Source of the DNA: Octopus sinensis
Lineage: Eukaryota
Reading direction: 5' to 3'
NCBI RefSeq assembly: GCF_006345805.1
Contig: NC_043004.1
Location: 25,606,001 to 25,670,000 of the forward strand
DNA length: 64,000 nucleotides
Below are positions 38,340 through 51,876 of this stretch, piece by piece. The notes under the pieces were generated by a model that had not been told where the DNA came from, did no database searches, and saw only the letters and a program-made list of their open reading frames with translations. Made by a program: the position numbers and the translations under genes. Positions within the stretch are counted from its first letter, which is position 1. Every line of letters begins with the position of its first letter.

Positions 38340-39330
38340 TCTAGTGGCATCAAAGATAAAGTAGTACATAACCATTCTAGTATTAATCAGGATAAAATAG
38401 AAATCTAAAAATAGACCAAGGAAAATTATTTGGTTCACTCCTCCCTTTTCCCTTAATATAAAAACTAACATTGGTAAAAGATTCCTGTCATTACTGGACA
38501 AACACTTTCCAGCTACTCATAGATACAGGAAAATATTTAATAGGCGTTCTATGAAATTATCACATAGCTGCTGCTCCAATATGATGAGTATAATTACACG
38601 TGGTCAATACCAAGAACCTGAATCCAGTTGCAACTGTCACAACCCAGGATCTTGTCCATTTGACCAACAATGTACAACTAAATCTATCATATATAAGGCA
38701 GAAGTTACTGCAACCCTAAATAATACTACAACTGATAAGAAGACTTATATTGGATTATATGAAGGTGAATTAAAAAATTGCAATGCCAATCACATAGCCT
38801 CCTTCCGGCATAAGGACAAAAGTAAAGCTACAAAGTTGGCTAGCTATGTTTGGACTTTGAAAGATAATGAGACACCGCATGTGATTAAATGGAAAGTAAT
38901 TGAGAAAGCCATACCTTACGTGAATGGATCGAATAAATGTAGACTTTGTTAGGCTGAAAGAGAGCAGATCTTGTTCAGATCTAAGATTCCTCTCTGTTGA
39001 ACTCCAGGTCAGAAATTTTTCAGGAGTTGCATGCATATGTATAAATATATTTTGAAGAACTGGAAAATTCTGCCTATTCTTGACTGACTCGATACCTTTC
39101 CAGCCTTATCATTTAAGGTCTAAGGAGGATAGCTCTTTTATCTTTTTACATCTTAGTTTCTATTTTTTGTTGGTTACTGTCTGTTTTCTATATGCTGCCT
39201 TCAGTTTTTTCACATTTCTTCTTTTATTCAATTTATTTAGTTCGTTATATGTGGTTTGCACCTGAAGAATATGTTTGTGTTTTCTCAACAAATGAAACTA
39301 TTAGTAGCACTTTAATACATGTATTGTGAC
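38340..39330 (+). mobile_element. Penelope-like 3' part: GIY-YIG endonuclease plus pLTR with hammerhead relic
   Basis: RKIIWFTPPFS..TNIGKRFL..HFP..CNC..CP...C..IIYKAEV..YIGL..KW.VIEKA.PY..G..KCRLC; CTGAAGA...GAAACTATTAGTA at 39262-39306. Confidence 0.88.
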
Positions 39331-40891
39331 CTTTAAATAAATATATATATTTATACACACAGACACTCTACCTTTCTTTCGCTCAGAATGAAAGGTAGAT
39401 TGTACAATGCATGTGTGCAAACTGCCATGCTTCACGACAGTGAAACATGGGCCGTGACTGCAAAGGACATGCGTAGGCTCTAGTACATGAAGCCTTCTCT
39501 AAACATGTCCATAAATGTCTTAAATAATATAAATTTTACAAGTCTAATTGCTGTAAAACAACTACCTCTGATTCTCATTGATATATAGTTTAGACATCAT
39601 ATGAGCTCACTTAATTAAATCACAATATCTACATTATCATCATATCCTTTTATCTTTTATTTTATAGATTCTCATATTTTCCATTAATTCATATTTACAT
39701 ATCCCACCTAGATTATAATTAATCACATACCTATTCAGTTGCAACACTATTGTTTTTAACAGAACACCACCAAGGTTTCTCTTCTCCAGTTATGGAGTTG
39801 TATATATATAATTAGTTTAGCTCACCAGATTTTTTCACTGATTTACTAATATATCTATTGTCCATTGTCACAATATTTGCTTTATCCTTGAGCCCCATAA
39901 TTTCACTCTACTAGAATTTAGTAAAAACAAAGTATAATTTTTGTCATTTAAAAATTTTTATTTCTTTTATTCCCAACAGGCATACATATTCATTAGCACT
40001 ACAAATATTTAAATTTTAGTTAATATTATAGGCACCATCATAATTAGGTAAGCCCTAAATCTCTCTTCACCTCTAGTCGTAATCACCTTAAAATTCAAGA
40101 TCTTCATTATCTTTTACAACCACTTTATTACCATGCTAATCTCTTCCCTCCCCCTCTTGCCACCTTAGAACCATGGCCAGTACTGGTAGACAGTATCTGA
40201 CGCCTGCTATACCTCATTGTTTTATCTATCTGTCTATGCACCTGCTAACTTCTTTCGACTAGCATATACCCGCTATACAGACTAATACATATGTTTTACT
40301 ACATCTACCTGACTATCTTTCCTCCACACTATAGTATAATATTCCTACTCAACCCTCATTCACTCTCTATTCAAAACTGGAACTAGTAAATTCCACTATT
40401 CCTTGCCATGCATTGCCATCAAGCATTCTCATTTGAAACTGCAAACAGACCTTACCTATAACTTAATTAATGTTATTACCAGTTCAAATATGCTTGAGGC
40501 ATGTTCAACCCAGTGAACAAGATATTCACTGCGTTTTATTACAGAAATTATATCCCGTTTGTTGACAAATGGTGTATAAACACCTATATCAACTATATAA
40601 CTTTATTATTTATTTGATTATGGAACTGCATAACACATATTGATTTCACTCTGATCCTTCCTTCATTTTTGACAAACAGGAAAGTACTAATATCCTGAAT
40701 TGGGGATATTTCTTCATTTTTATAGTTTTCTGACATCACCCTCTCCAATGACAATACCAAACTTATGGTAAATCAATATCATGATCTACATGCTTGGCTT
40801 TTCTAGAAGCAGCTGTCCCTTTTTTGTATCACCTAATTATCTGGATGTTTTGCATTCTTGTCCCATTTTTGCATTATATATATATATTTAT

Positions 40892-42636
40892 ATACAGAGA
40901 GGCTGTTAGCAAGGTTAGGATTGGCAATGAGTACAGTGAAGAATTTCGGGTAGAAGTTGGCGTCCACCAAGGCTCAGCCCTCAGTCCCCTTCTATTCATC
41001 ATAGTCCTCCAGGCAATAACAGAGGAATTTAAGATGGGTTGTCCCTGGGAGCTCCTCTATGCTGATGACCTAGCCCTCATAGCAGAATCACTACCAGACT
41101 TAGAGAAGAAATTTCGTGTGTGGAAACTAGGTTTAGAATCAAAAGGCCTTAGAGTGAATGTAGCAAAGACCAAAGTTCTAGTAAGTACGAAAGCAAACTC
41201 ACCACAAACCCCTTCAGGAAGGTGGCCCTGCTCAATCTGTAGAAAAGGTGTAAGTAGAAACTCCATAAGATGTACCCAGTGTAAGCTATGGACACATAAG
41301 AGGTGCAGCAATATCAAAGGAAAATTAACCGAGAAGAGAGCTTTCGTGTGCGGCAGATGCACAGGGGCAATAGACACCATTGATACTCAGAAAAGAGATT
41401 CCATTATACTCCTGGGGGAGAAACTAGAATAGTCTGGGCAAAGTTTAGGAAGCTTCTCCTCCTACTGGCGACAAATGGTCTCTCGCTCAGAGTGAAAGGT
41501 AGATTGTACAACATGTGTGCGAACTGCCATGCTTCATGGCAGTGAAACATGGGCTGTGAAACATGAAGCTAGCATGATCCGCTGGATGTGTAATGTCAGT
41601 GTCCATGCATGACAGAGTGTAAGTGCCCTGAGAGAAATGTTGGGCATTAGAAGCATTAGATGCAGCATGCAGGAGAGACAATTGCATTGGTATGATCATG
41701 TACTACAGATGGATGAGGAGAGACGTGGAAGAAGTGCCACTCCCAAACTGTTGAAGAAATCCAGGGTAGAGGTAGACCCAGGAAGACATGGGACGAGTTG
41801 GTCAAGCATGACCTTCGTACGTTGAGCCTCACAGAAGCTATGATGAAAGACTGAGACCTCTGGAGATATGCTGTGACTTCGAAGACCCGACAAATGAAGT
41901 GATTTCATGGCTTGCAGGACGGCGTGCTGCACTTGAGGAGACCTATTGTGTCAAGTTCATCAACATCAAAATAAAAATTGTATGGATATTGTAGTTGTGA
42001 TACCTATGCCGGTAGCACATAGGGCCTCACAGGAGAAATGACGAAGACCGAGACCCCTGAGATATGATGTGACTGTGACAACCAGACAAATGAAGTGAGT
42101 TCATGGCTCACAGGACGGCCTGCTGTGCTAACCTTGGATTGTAGAGTGACTTGCTGTTCTTGAGGAGACCTATTGAGTCAAGTACGTCAACACCAACATC
42201 AAAATAAAAATCAAAGCCCAAGCCCATACAAAGTACCTTTGATTGCAGAACGACCTACTGTGCTTACCTTGGATCGTAGGGCGACCTGCTGTGCTTGAGG
42301 AGACCTATTGAGTCAAGTACGTCAACACCAACATCAAAATAAAAATCAAATGGAAATTGTAGTTATGCCAGCGCCGGCTGACTGGTGTCCTTGTCGGTGA
42401 CATGTAAAAGCACCAACCGATCGTGGCTGTTTGCCAGCTTCCTCTGGCCCCTGTGCCGGTGGCACGTAAAAAACACCCACTACACTCACAGAGTGGTTGG
42501 TGTTAGGAAGGGCATCTAGCTGTAGAAACACTGCTAAACCAGACAGGAGCCTAGTGCAGCCATGGCTTACCAGATCCTGGTTGAACCGTCCAACCCATGC
42601 TAGCATGGAAAACAGACGTTAAATGATGATGATGAT
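40892..42636 (+). mobile_element. 5'-truncated RTE LINE: RT, PHD-like finger, thumb, 3'UTR, (GAT)n
   Basis: GVHQGSALSPLLF, LLYADDL, VNVAKTKV, SLRVKGRLY, GRPRKTWDELV; a further fragment at 39375-39480. Confidence 0.93.
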
Positions 42637-42880
42637 ATATATGCATACACATATATATATATACATACATATTTACATATAGATATATATTCACATATAC
42701 ATATATAAACATACATATATATGCATACACAAATATATATATATACATATACCCATATATATATATATACACACACACACATGTATATATACATATATAT
42801 ACCCATATATATATATATATATATACCCATATATATATATATACACACACACACACATGTATATATACATATACATATAC

Positions 42881-42918
<38 letters not shown>

Positions 42919-42960
42919 TATATATATACACACCACACACACACACACATGTATATATAT
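42636..42960. repeat. (AT/AC)n compound microsatellite
   Basis: Direct reading. Confidence 0.9.
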
Positions 42961-43545
42961 ATACTTTATTTAAAGCAGCAGAAAATTGAATTTTCTGCTG
43001 CTTTAAATAAAGCATATTACTCTACCATTGGTATTTGAGTACTCTTTTATGTGTTTACTCCGGTATATATATATATATATAGATATATGCTAATATACAT
43101 GTGTGTGAAAATAATTTTATACACATATGCACATGTGTGCGTATGTTTGTCTGCATTTGACCCTCACCTGCTTGACAACCAATGTGTTGTGTTTACATGC
43201 CCGTAATATAGCGGTACGGCAAAAGAGACCGATTGAATAAGTAGTAGGCTTACAAAGAATAAAGCCTGGGGGCCGATTTGTTTGACTAATGGTGGTGCTC
43301 CTGCTTGATTGCAGTCAAATGACTGAAAAAAAATATATAAAAGAGTAAGAGATATATACATATATATATAGAGAGAGACATATGTATATATAATCAAACT
43401 ACTTTGTGAGTGGCAGAAGTAGAGAGAAAGATAGTAAATGATAGAAAAATGTAATATCTTATGGAGGTTAATGATAAAGGAAAAGGGTTGAAAGACAGAA
43501 GTAAAACTGTAGGAAACAACAGAATGGGGGTAGGTGGGGGGGGGG

Positions 43546-44100
43546 CAGAACTCTGCTTTAGGCATGCCATATAACTCTTCATAACTTTTCCATCTTTTGG
43601 AATTTGCAGAAAATTTTGGGGAATTTCTACACATGGGATTTCACATGACTATGAAAAAAAAAAAAATTTCTTTAATATTTCAAAATTAAAAAAAAAAATT
43701 TTTTTTTTCAATTTTTCACATTTTTTCCTTTATCACAGACTAAAATACAGAATCTGAAGTTTTAGTTTAAACTCATCTCATCTAGGTTGTCCCATAGGAT
43801 GCCCCTTTAGACTTAAATCTTAGCAATAAGACCATTAAGTGTGTTTATAGGGAGGAAGATATTGAAAACATCAATACATCAGAATGACAAACAAACGAGG
43901 AGGATATGAAGCGGTCATGACATGTGCTAAAAATAACAGCTAAATAGCCTTTAAATCATGCACTAATTTTTTCTATTTTTAATTTTGCATAATCGTACGA
44001 ATTCCCATGTGTAGTACACAACTTTGCAAAAGTTTTTTTTAAATTCCAAAAGATAAAAAAGTTATTAGGGGTTATATGGTGTCGTTAAAGCAGAGTTCCG
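43546..44100. mobile_element. MITE/foldback with imperfect terminal inverted repeats of about 95 bp
   Basis: cagaactctgcttta...ccatataac...atcttttggaattt...ctacacatggga is mirrored at 43998-44100. Confidence 0.75.
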
Positions 44101-44879
44101 TTGAATAACGTAAAAGTTTCATTACAGTGTGGGGTGGGTGGGTAAAAAAAGAAAATGAGGAAGGAATGAAGAAAAATATTTCTAAAGATTTCTTTAAAAA
44201 TACATACAATATTAAGTAGGGTCTGTCTTGCTAAAGAAGATTAAAGTTACTAGAATTGAAGTCTTTAATGTATTGATACCGATCCACACAACAGCCATTG
44301 GCTGTTGTGTTTCAAACAACAACTAAATATAGCAATAAATGAGAAAAAATGTTATTTTACTCAGCTCCTCCAAATTCATGATTAGTTTTCAAATGACTTA
44401 GGTCAGTGTAAAAAGGCTGAAATAATGAGCAGTAAGATAGGCTAATTAAAGAAAACTCTGAGTGTCTACTTCACATCTTTCTCACATTAGATGTGTCTTC
44501 CTCTCTCTCTCTTTTATATATCATCCCCACAACCACCACCACTTTATGTCTATAAATATAAATGACTGACATGTTTCACACACACACACAGAGTTCCATT
44601 TTCTAAGGAGGCTGGGGAACAAACAATTGGATATCAAAACAGTGTGACACCAAAATTAAAAAGTAGAAAACCACCTTAAGTCCTGACACTTAATGATGGA
44701 AAGAAGAGAAGGATCAAAACTCCTTTCCTTTGAAAGAGGGGTGGGGAGTTTGTTTCAAGCATTTTGTTATTACAGAAATTGATGAATGTCTTCACATTCA
44801 CAAGGTGCATACATATAGGAGGTAACTGAAACATGTATCCATGAACAGCTACTCACACATTGTTATTATTATTATTATT

Positions 44880-45368
44880 GAGTGAGAGATCAGTTCATGC
44901 CATCAAAGTGACACTGGGGTAAAATATACGAAGCCCAATATACCCGTCATGAAAACCCGTCTGATAAGGGTACACCAGGCACATGCATCACAACCATGTG
45001 CGCGCGACATGGTGATCTCATATCAAGATAAACAGCACATGACCTTGCATGTGGGGCCCAGTTAGAATTTTCTTCAGGTTGAGTAGCCCATCCCGCTCAA
45101 AAGGTCCCCGAATAAGGGTTGTTTAAGGATGTTGAAAGAACCACCTATGTTTCCAGAGGTGAATTATTCAAACCCCAAAGAATCCCTCTCAACACATGGC
45201 TATGATGCTCCCCCACTACTTCTGCTCGTGATCAGAGATGCACATATCGTCAGCCACTAAGGGACATGCTCAACTGGTTATGGTCAAACAACTACAAGCA
45301 AATCTGTGGTATTGAGCAGAATATTTGCTGTAGCCCATCTTTTATACCAAGACAAAACAATGTACATG
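44880..45368 (-). mobile_element. About 0.5-kb repeat inserted in (TAA)n, same family as 7141
   Basis: TTA arrays on both sides. Confidence 0.8.
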
Positions 45369-45519
45369 TATTATTATTATTATTATTATTATTATTTAGG
45401 TTAAAAACTATGTGCACTTAACAAATGTGAAAACTTTTATGTGGTCACTCAACCTGCTAGACTGCAACCAAATCTCTCAAATCATATCATACTTTCTTAA
45501 ATAAGATATACTATGTATG

Positions 45520-46132
45520 GATGGTCACAGCTGGAATATCTTTAATCACAGGTTTGCTGAATTAGGGAGGGCCTGGAATTAAAACAACAACAACATGACA
45601 GATGTAGAGAATTTTGTTGCTTTGTTAGTATGAGGTGGAAGGGGTTGGTTTCCAAGGTGGGAAGAGTCAGTTATTGCAGAGATGGAAAAGTGTCATAATT
45701 AAACAGAAACATTTAAATTGAAAGGAGATTCAAGTTAATTTTCAAGTGTCAATGAGAGTCAGTTCAGGTGTAAAAAGTGAAAAAAAAAAAAAAGAAACAA
45801 ATTGTGCCACAACAACAACAAAGAAATGTCTAACATGCTTAGTCAATGTCTTTTATCATTTAACAACGGATAATGTTAAATTAGTTTTGTTGTTTCCAAA
45901 GAACTAATAGTGAGGTTTTTTTGTGGTGCCACAGATAAAGGAATGGAAAAGTTAGTCGTGAGAACAATGTTAATAAGTAGAGAAAGTAAGTGTTTTTGGT
46001 AGTGAAACACAGAAGTAGTAAGAGAGGTTTAGGTTGTTTGTTTTTTTTTTGTTTTTCTTCTTTTTTTTATGAAAATGAAACAAACAGCTGAGACACAGCA
46101 CTTTGTAATACATCCATTGACGGAAGCCAGTT
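45520..46132 (-). other. NCLN: Probable non-coding terminal (3'UTR) exon of NCLN
   Basis: Donor AG/GTAGGC at 47322, 17 nt after the stop. Very strong acceptor (T-tract)cAG at 46134-46133. ATTAAA on the minus strand at 45546-45541. The 3' limit is a guess. Confidence 0.5.
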
Positions 46133-47339
46133 CTGAAAAAAAACAAAAAGAAATATATGATCAAATAATAGCAACAACAATCACACACAAAAAAACTCTA
46201 CACCTTCCCCACCACTACATTACATGATACAAAATTTGAGGAGTAGGAGGTATATTTATTAATCCCCAACATTGATCTGGTATTATTTTTATTGACTCTC
46301 TGAAGGCAAAGTTGAATCCAGAACAGAAAGATTAAACAAAATACCACAAGGTAATGACCAATGTTCTACCAATCCTATCAATTATCCATGTCCAGGTTCT
46401 GCCAATTCTACTAATCTACCACCCTGATGCTCAACCAATTCTACTCATCCATCAACCTGAAATAAATATCTAAGCCAATGAAAGAGCTTCAGTCTTAATA
46501 CATCAACCTGCTAAATATAGCAGCCAAATCACCCTTTTTACAGTCTAACATTACATAATGACATTCTAAATCCATGTGCAAATGGAAGATGAGATGATGC
46601 TTGATCACAGATCTGCAGGACCAGGCTTGACCTGGGGCTAAACAGCAACTGGTTCCAGCTTATAATTGTACATCAATATGCAGTGTTATAATACTGACAT
46701 GGGTACCAATCAATCTGCACAACAGAACACCAGTAATAGATTTGTTAAGTCCAAACCTATGAGTTGGAAGAGTAAAACTGTATCTATTAAGTTATATGTG
46801 TAAACAAAGAGTAGCTAGGAGGTTAAGATGCAAAACTGAACCAATAACAACATGACTAACCTATTTGGGGCATCTAAATAGATGACCAATATTATCTTTC
46901 TATGTAATGATCCACCAAAGTACAGGTGAAGGAAGTCTACAACACCTGTATGAAAGGACATATCATAGTGTAGTACATAAGTGGCAACATGGAGTATAGT
47001 AGACAAGTAGACACATGGAGTGTAATAAATAATTTATTTTTTTACTAGGATGGTGAAGAAGTTATCTTCAGAAAGGAGACCAAATCCAAATACTTTACTA
47101 AGGCACACTAGGGCCACCTGGCAGTGTTAAACAAAAATAGTCCATTTAACCAATCTCTGAATAGTATTTCTCTACCAAATGTGACTCACAAAATTTTCCT
47201 TAACCCAAAGCTATACTGGAAGTCACTTAACTCAGAGAGGGCCAAAGCTATCCAACTCCATCCCCCCCCTCCCATTTAGTTTAGGAGTAAAAAGGAGCAG
47301 AAAAAGCACAGATGATGCCTACCTGGCAAAGATGAAAGT

Positions 47340-47408
47340 TTAATGTGACTTTAGTTTCTCAGACATTTGGACAGACATCTGCAAAAAACCCTTCAAAAGA
47401 TGGAAATT
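47340..47408 (-). CDS. NCLN: Nicalin last coding exon (NFHLLKGFLQMSVQMSEKLKSH*)
   Basis: Strong acceptor ttttcctttctcttccccAG, phase 0, TAA at 47342-47340. C-terminal KLKSH is a KxKxx motif, like human KAKTQ. Confidence 0.85.
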   Translation of the reverse strand, partial: NFHLLKGFLQMSVQMSEKLKSH

Positions 47409-47501
47409 CTGGGGAAGAGAAAGGAAAATATGTTAATGATGATAATGTAAGGTGTCTAATGAAATGGGGAACATCACTCTTTATTTAGTCTTTATGTGAG
47501 A

Positions 47502-47897
47502 CTAGCAGTATCGCCCGGCGTTGCTCGGGTTTGTAAGGGAAATAACTATATAAGCATTCTTAGAGAGTTATAGCCAAAAAATAGCAAAAAAATGCATTAA
47601 AAATGGAAAAAAATGATGGTAACTTTTTTTAAAAATCGTTGACTCATCGCAGACATTTTTAGAGAGTTGCTTCCCTTATATAATATCGAAAAAAATGCAT
47701 TAAAATGGAAAAAAAATGGTAAATTTTTTTTTAAATCGTAGACTCATCATCGACACGCGCTAATACCCAGAAGGGCTCGATATGAATCACAACTATAAGA
47801 TACCCGGTTTTGGTTAAACTGCACTGCAAAATGTGGGAGTAGTTAGGAATCTAAATCGTAAGAGACAGACACACAACTTGACTTTTATATATAAAGA
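47502..47897 (-). mobile_element. Non-autonomous Helitron in an NCLN intron
   Basis: Reverse complement of 767-1167; A/TC ... CTAG/T ends. Confidence 0.9.
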
Positions 47898-49486
47898 TAT
47901 ATAGGAGACCAGTGGAAATTATTAGTATGATCCGTTTGAGGAAGACAATGTTTGTTTGCAGGAATATTTACATGTCAAGCATAATTAGTGGAAATCATCA
48001 TCATTTAACATCTGTTTTCCATGCTGGCATAGGTTGGATGGTTTGGCAGGAGCTGACCAGCTGAAGGGCTATTCAGGCTCCATGTCTGTTTTGGCATGGT
48101 TTCTACAGCTGGATACCCTTCCTAATGCTAACCACTTTACAGAGTGTACTGGGTGTTTTCACTCAACACTGACATGAGTGCTTTTTATGTGGCACTAGTA
48201 ATTACAAGCCCAGAAGATAAAGGATGCTCAGCTGCAGAGGACGAGCTTGTATGCAAGGGCAACCATGCTTTTACTTAGCTTGACATGCCTTTTCAAGCAC
48301 AACAAACCACCAGAAGTTTCAGTCCCAAGCCATCCCCACAGTGAGTCCCAACATATGTAGATCCTTTCTCACCATTTTGTCCCATGTCTTCCTGGGTCTA
48401 TCCCTTCCATATGCTCCCTCTACAATCAGAAACAAGGTTCAAAAAGCATATTATTTTGTCTATGGCCCCACATTGATGCTACCCTCACTATCCATCACTC
48501 TTCTAACAACAGTACTATCCCAACTGCTATAATTATTAGAGAAGAGATGTACATATTTCATCCCCAACACTTTCATTCTTCCAGTTTTTCTCCTTGGAGC
48601 CACTTCCCCATTTTATCCTCCTTGCATTCTCAATATCATTCCATATCACTGAACACCATCTCATACTGGCCATCAACCCTAACCCCACTCTTGTTCATTA
48701 ACATCTCTATATTCACCTTCACATACTTTTATCTTTGTTCTTGTTGCTGAGCATCCTCTCCACCCCACACTTATCTCCCTACTTCTATATGTTCTCCAGC
48801 CACTTATCACCCTCTCCCTCATACACTGTTATTTCCCCTTTCCCTAAACTGATATTCTCCATTGATCACCATTCATTGTATTACCTATGTCTCTACCTCT
48901 AATCATCTGTCACTCATCTTACACTCTTGCAAACTTATCTGCTCCTTTCCCATCCCCCTCACATTCACTCCCCTGTACCTTGAGGGTATATCCTGACACT
49001 TCATTACAACCATTTTCTTCTCTTCTCTAGCTGGGGTAGTCATATATCTTTTCTACAAGCCCCTGTTCCTATCCCTCCACCATATTCTTGCCTCTCAATA
49101 CAAGGTATATGCAGCCCTCTCAATACTACACACTCCCCAATCAAAGGGTCTTGTCTTGCAAGCTATTTGGCAACCTCACTTGTGCAAGTCCTATGAAAAA
49201 GCATCCAGTACACTCTGTAAAGTGACCGGCATTAGGAAGGGCATCTTGTCACAGAAACCATGCCAAAACAAACATTTGAACTTGATACAATCCTAATCTA
49301 TCAAACTGCTCCACCCATGCCAGCATGGAGTATAGACATTAAACGATGATGATGAAGATTAAAAAACACACCCTTTGGCATCGCCTTATAAGAATTTAAT
49401 ACAATATGGTGTAGCGGAGATTATGTGACTTTAAAGTTGCTACATTTTGTGATTTTAGGATTAATAGAAGGATAGAAGCCACTTAC

Positions 49487-49565
49487 TTGGACAATAAGAT
49501 AAACAACAGCTAAATATGCTCCAATGCCAACAGCTAAGAAGAGATCAAAGATGGCTGGTTTCACA
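49487..49565 (-). CDS. NCLN: Nicalin transmembrane exon (VKPAIFDLFLAVGIGAYLAVVYLIVQ)
   Basis: VKPA.FDL.LAVGI.AYL motif and hydrophobic helix. Acceptor tatttccAG, donor GTAAGT; 79 nt. Confidence 0.93.
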
Positions 49566-50215
49566 CTGGAAATAGTTTAAATGATATAATTTAACATAAA
49601 ATTTAAAAACAAAAGTCATAATTGATTTAATAAATGTTTTCAGTTATACATGGAAATAATAAATTCAGGGATGTTAAATGCATCAAACTTTGCAAACTGA
49701 ATAGGGACAATTATTTAAAAAAACCTTGTTTTAATATGGATTGATAAGGGTCAATATCTTATGTATAATAAAACACATGTGTCCTCTTGGTCACACTTGT
49801 GGGGAAAGAAACAGTCAGAAGCAGTAAGGCATGCAAACAGCCTTCAAAGATTTTGCTCTGAAAGATGCTGGCATTTTAATCAAAATGAAATTGCAAATTT
49901 TTCTTGTAAATTGTATTTAGTTTATCAGTTTCACACATACACACACATAAATATCTATTTGATTATTAACTATCAAATACTTTTGTTTTCAAAATATTAT
50001 CATTCACTTCTTAGTTTTTCCCTGGGGCTGGCCGGATCGGAGTGATCTCAAGATTAATCAGCCGAAATTGCTAGGATGATCCCGTTCTTGACTGAAGATT
50101 GAAGGCTTCGAATGTCCCGTCCGTGTTTTTTGTATCGTCTTCTAAATGTTTTACGTTCTTGTCCCAGTTTGTATTTTTCTACATATAATATATATATATA
50201 TATAGATGTTATGAG

Positions 50216-50263
<48 letters not shown>

Positions 50264-50688
50264 CACATTTTCAGAAGTCAAACATGTATAGTAATAAACA
50301 AACAGAAAAAAGCCATAGAAGGTCAAGTAGAAAAACATACTAAATGTACAGACAAACGGAAAACAAACACAGAAGGTCACCAACTCATCAGTTATTGGCC
50401 AACAGGTATTGAATGCAATTTCCTGCCAATATCGATAATATCGCTTCCACTCTGGAGGCAACCGGTAAGAGAACTTGCTGGGAATGCAACCAAAACATGA
50501 CAAAACAAAATGAGACGGACAAACAAGGATGAACAAGAAATACGGAAATGGCCACACGAAAATGAATGAAAGTAATTCGAGATGAGACAGTTAGTGAACA
50601 GATGAGGACAAAAAAACAAACAAAATAAACAGAAGATGAGCTCAGGGACAGGCAAAGACAATAAAATAATAATACATGTACAATTATA

Positions 50689-51067
50689 GGTGAAGGAGTG
50701 GCTGTATGGTAAGTAGCTTGCTTACCAACCACATAGTTCCGGGTTCAGTCCCATGCAGGCACCTTGGGCAAGTGTCTCCTACTATAGCCTTGGGCCGACC
50801 AAAGTCTTGTGAGTGGATTTGGTAGATGGAAACTGAAAGAAGCCCATTGTATACGTGTGTGTGTGTCTGTGTATGTAAATGTTTGTCCTCCCATCATCGC
50901 TTGGCAACTGATGTTGGTGTGTTTACGTCCCTCTAACTTAGCGGTTTGGCAAAAGAGACTAACGAAATAAGTACTAGGCTTACAAAGAATAAGTCCTAGG
51001 GTTGATTTGACTAAAGGTGGTGCTCCAGCATGGCCACAGTCAAATGACTGAAATAAATAAAAGAATA
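50689..51067 (+). mobile_element. tRNA-derived SINE, full length
   Basis: gagtggctgtatggtaag A box, gggttcagtccc B box, internal (TG)n, tail caaatgactgaaa. Confidence 0.88.
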
Positions 51068-51617
51068 CAACAAAAAATAATAATACATATACAACAAAAA
51101 AGCCATGGGCTAGCAGACAGACAAATGTGGAGTAACAAAAAGGAGAAATGAAAAATGTCCTGAAGAACTAAATACAAGAGAAAGGCAGAGAATGGAACAC
51201 AGAGAAGTGTGACTGAATACACACACACACACTTTTATTTTATTCTTTTGTTTTAGTCTATTTTTCCATGCTTGCCTTTCACAAGCCCTTATTTCCTATT
51301 CCTAGTAAAGGATAACATATTCTGTGTTCATCGATCTACAAAATGTGAAGAAACATGCACGCATGCATACACATTCATACCCTCACACATGTATGCACAC
51401 ATGTATGCATATGCACATCCATAGGTGTATATGAATATATTTGCATATGAGTGTATACCTATATATGTGTGTGTGTGTGTGTGCTTCAGTCTGACCACAA
51501 CCGCATGGCTGAAATGAGTAAATATATATACATGCACAGAGAGAGAAAGATATGTTAATAGATAACCTCTGAAAATGGCTAGAAATAATTTCAGCCATCA
51601 TTTCTCCCTACTCTTAA

Positions 51618-51831
51618 TCTTTCTTTTACTTGTTTCAGTAATTTGACTGCGGCCATGCTGGAGCACCACCTTTAATCGAGCAACTCGACCCCGGAACTTA
51701 TTCTTTTGTAAGCCCAGTACTTATTCTATCGGTCTCTTTTGCCGAACTGCTAAGTAACGGGGACATAAACACACCAGCATCGGTTGTCAAGCAATGCTAG
51801 GGGGACAAACACAGACACACAAACACACAGA

Positions 51832-51876
<45 letters not shown>

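Noticed and set aside
50028-50125. ggctg/cagcc-GAAA and CTGAAGA...GAAT motifs in a repeat
   Set aside because: CUGANGA is missing in the first and GAAA is broken in the second; stems do not close.
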